From Candidatus Peribacter riflensis (GTDB taxonomy: Bacteria > Patescibacteriota > Gracilibacteria > Peribacterales > Peribacteraceae), in assembly GCA_001430755.1 (NCBI GenBank), contig CP013062.1:540001-572000 (forward strand): DNA of 32,000 nucleotides, written 5' to 3'. Position numbers and translations under genes: made by a program. The first letter of the stretch is position 1, and every line of letters starts with the position of its first letter. Shown here one piece after another: positions 31,631 through 32,000 of this stretch. The notes beneath the pieces were generated by a model, which was given only the letters and a program-made list of their open reading frames with translations, did no database searches and was not told where the DNA came from.

Positions 31631-32000
31631 TCGGTGGGAGCAATCGCAGAGGTTCCCTCCAACAGGGAGCGTAACTGCTCAAGTTTTTCTGGAGAAAGAG
31701 TGGCCCCGGGTTCCTGCTGCACATCTGTGAGACCGAAGAATGACGCAGGGGAAAGCACCTGCGCATCAGCCGGAGGCGTGATGATGGGAGCCGTATCGAA
31801 CTCGCTGAGGTGGGCTGTGAAAGAGCCACTCAGCACCCCCTGTGCCGTCTGCAGGCTCTCGATGGTCCACAGCACGCGGCGCAGGGCGTAGGTCTCGGCG
31901 TCGATCCACATCTCCCCCGTCGCCTGCAAGTTTTCGATGGCACGGGACATGCCCTCCCGATCAATCGTCTCCTGGCGCGCTGCAGCGAGTTGCTCGATGT
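31627..32000 (-). CDS. hypothetical protein, probably 5'-truncated by window edge
   Basis: The ORF is open to the window end; an ATG at 31950 is possible but the frame stays open upstream. Its TGA (31629-31627) overlaps the PKD gene ATG (31630-31628) as ATGA. Confidence 0.45.
   Translation of the reverse strand, partial: IEQLAAARQETIDREGMSRAIENLQATGEMWIDAETYALRRVLWTIESLQTAQGVLSGSFTAHLSEFDTAPIITPPADAQVLSPASFFGLTDVQQEPGATLSPEKLEQLRSLLEGTSAIAPTE

Noticed and set aside
29687-31891. 734-aa plus-strand ORF opposite the PKD gene
   Set aside because: The product is Arg/His/Gly-rich with no domain signatures. The minus frame shows TM helices and repeated PKD motifs, and has ATGA coupling at both ends.
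1-32000. CRISPR arrays, rRNA genes, integrases, reverse transcriptases, restriction-modification or toxin-antitoxin pairs
   Set aside because: I looked for regularly spaced direct repeats and for hallmark motifs in all track ORFs and found none. The only regular repeats are in-frame coding repeats and the hairpin and AATCG families reported above.

Overview
GC-rich bacterial chromosomal window using the standard code (TGA, TAA and TAG all terminate recognisable genes). The gene content suggests an uncultivated lineage with a Gram-positive-like envelope, possibly CPR/Patescibacteria-like; this taxonomic call is a guess. The housekeeping backbone is frr (3' end), pyk, rsmH-ftsL, a YkuD-type L,D-transpeptidase, two tRNA-Ser genes, a small GIY-YIG protein, ROK glucokinase, transaldolase/FSA, a single-chain transketolase, riboflavin kinase, a MurE-like ligase, RNase HII, lgt, a sortase and tsaD. 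Between these lie many secreted or surface proteins: a signal-peptide coiled-coil protein, a Tyr/Asn-rich secreted protein, a 14-repeat CGDG...EECDDGN cysteine-rich membrane protein, a C39-like lipoprotein, an SLH protein and a multi-PKD membrane protein. The main finding is a pair of tandem giant paralogous genes (14648-18013 and 18323-23182). In each, an IS481/IS3-type transposase HTH module with no DDE domain is fused through a signal-anchor with an AxA site to a phage tail-fibre-like ectodomain; the second gene ends in a Peptidase_G2-like autocleavage domain. I cannot place this architecture in a described family. Other observations: a hairpin repeat family with a conserved 14-nt loop and covarying stems (5 copies); a diverged second copy of the 3' end of the C39-like gene, each copy followed by such a hairpin; a 17-nt att-like duplication of the tRNA-Ser(UGA) 3' end; an AT-rich islet beside tRNA-Ser(GCU) and the GIY-YIG gene; an unannotated 27-aa membrane peptide coupled by ATGA to the PKD gene; and a 197-nt convergent rnhB/lgt overlap. 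No CRISPR array, rRNA, integrase, reverse transcriptase or intact IS was seen. All homology statements rest on motif recognition by eye; no searches were run.
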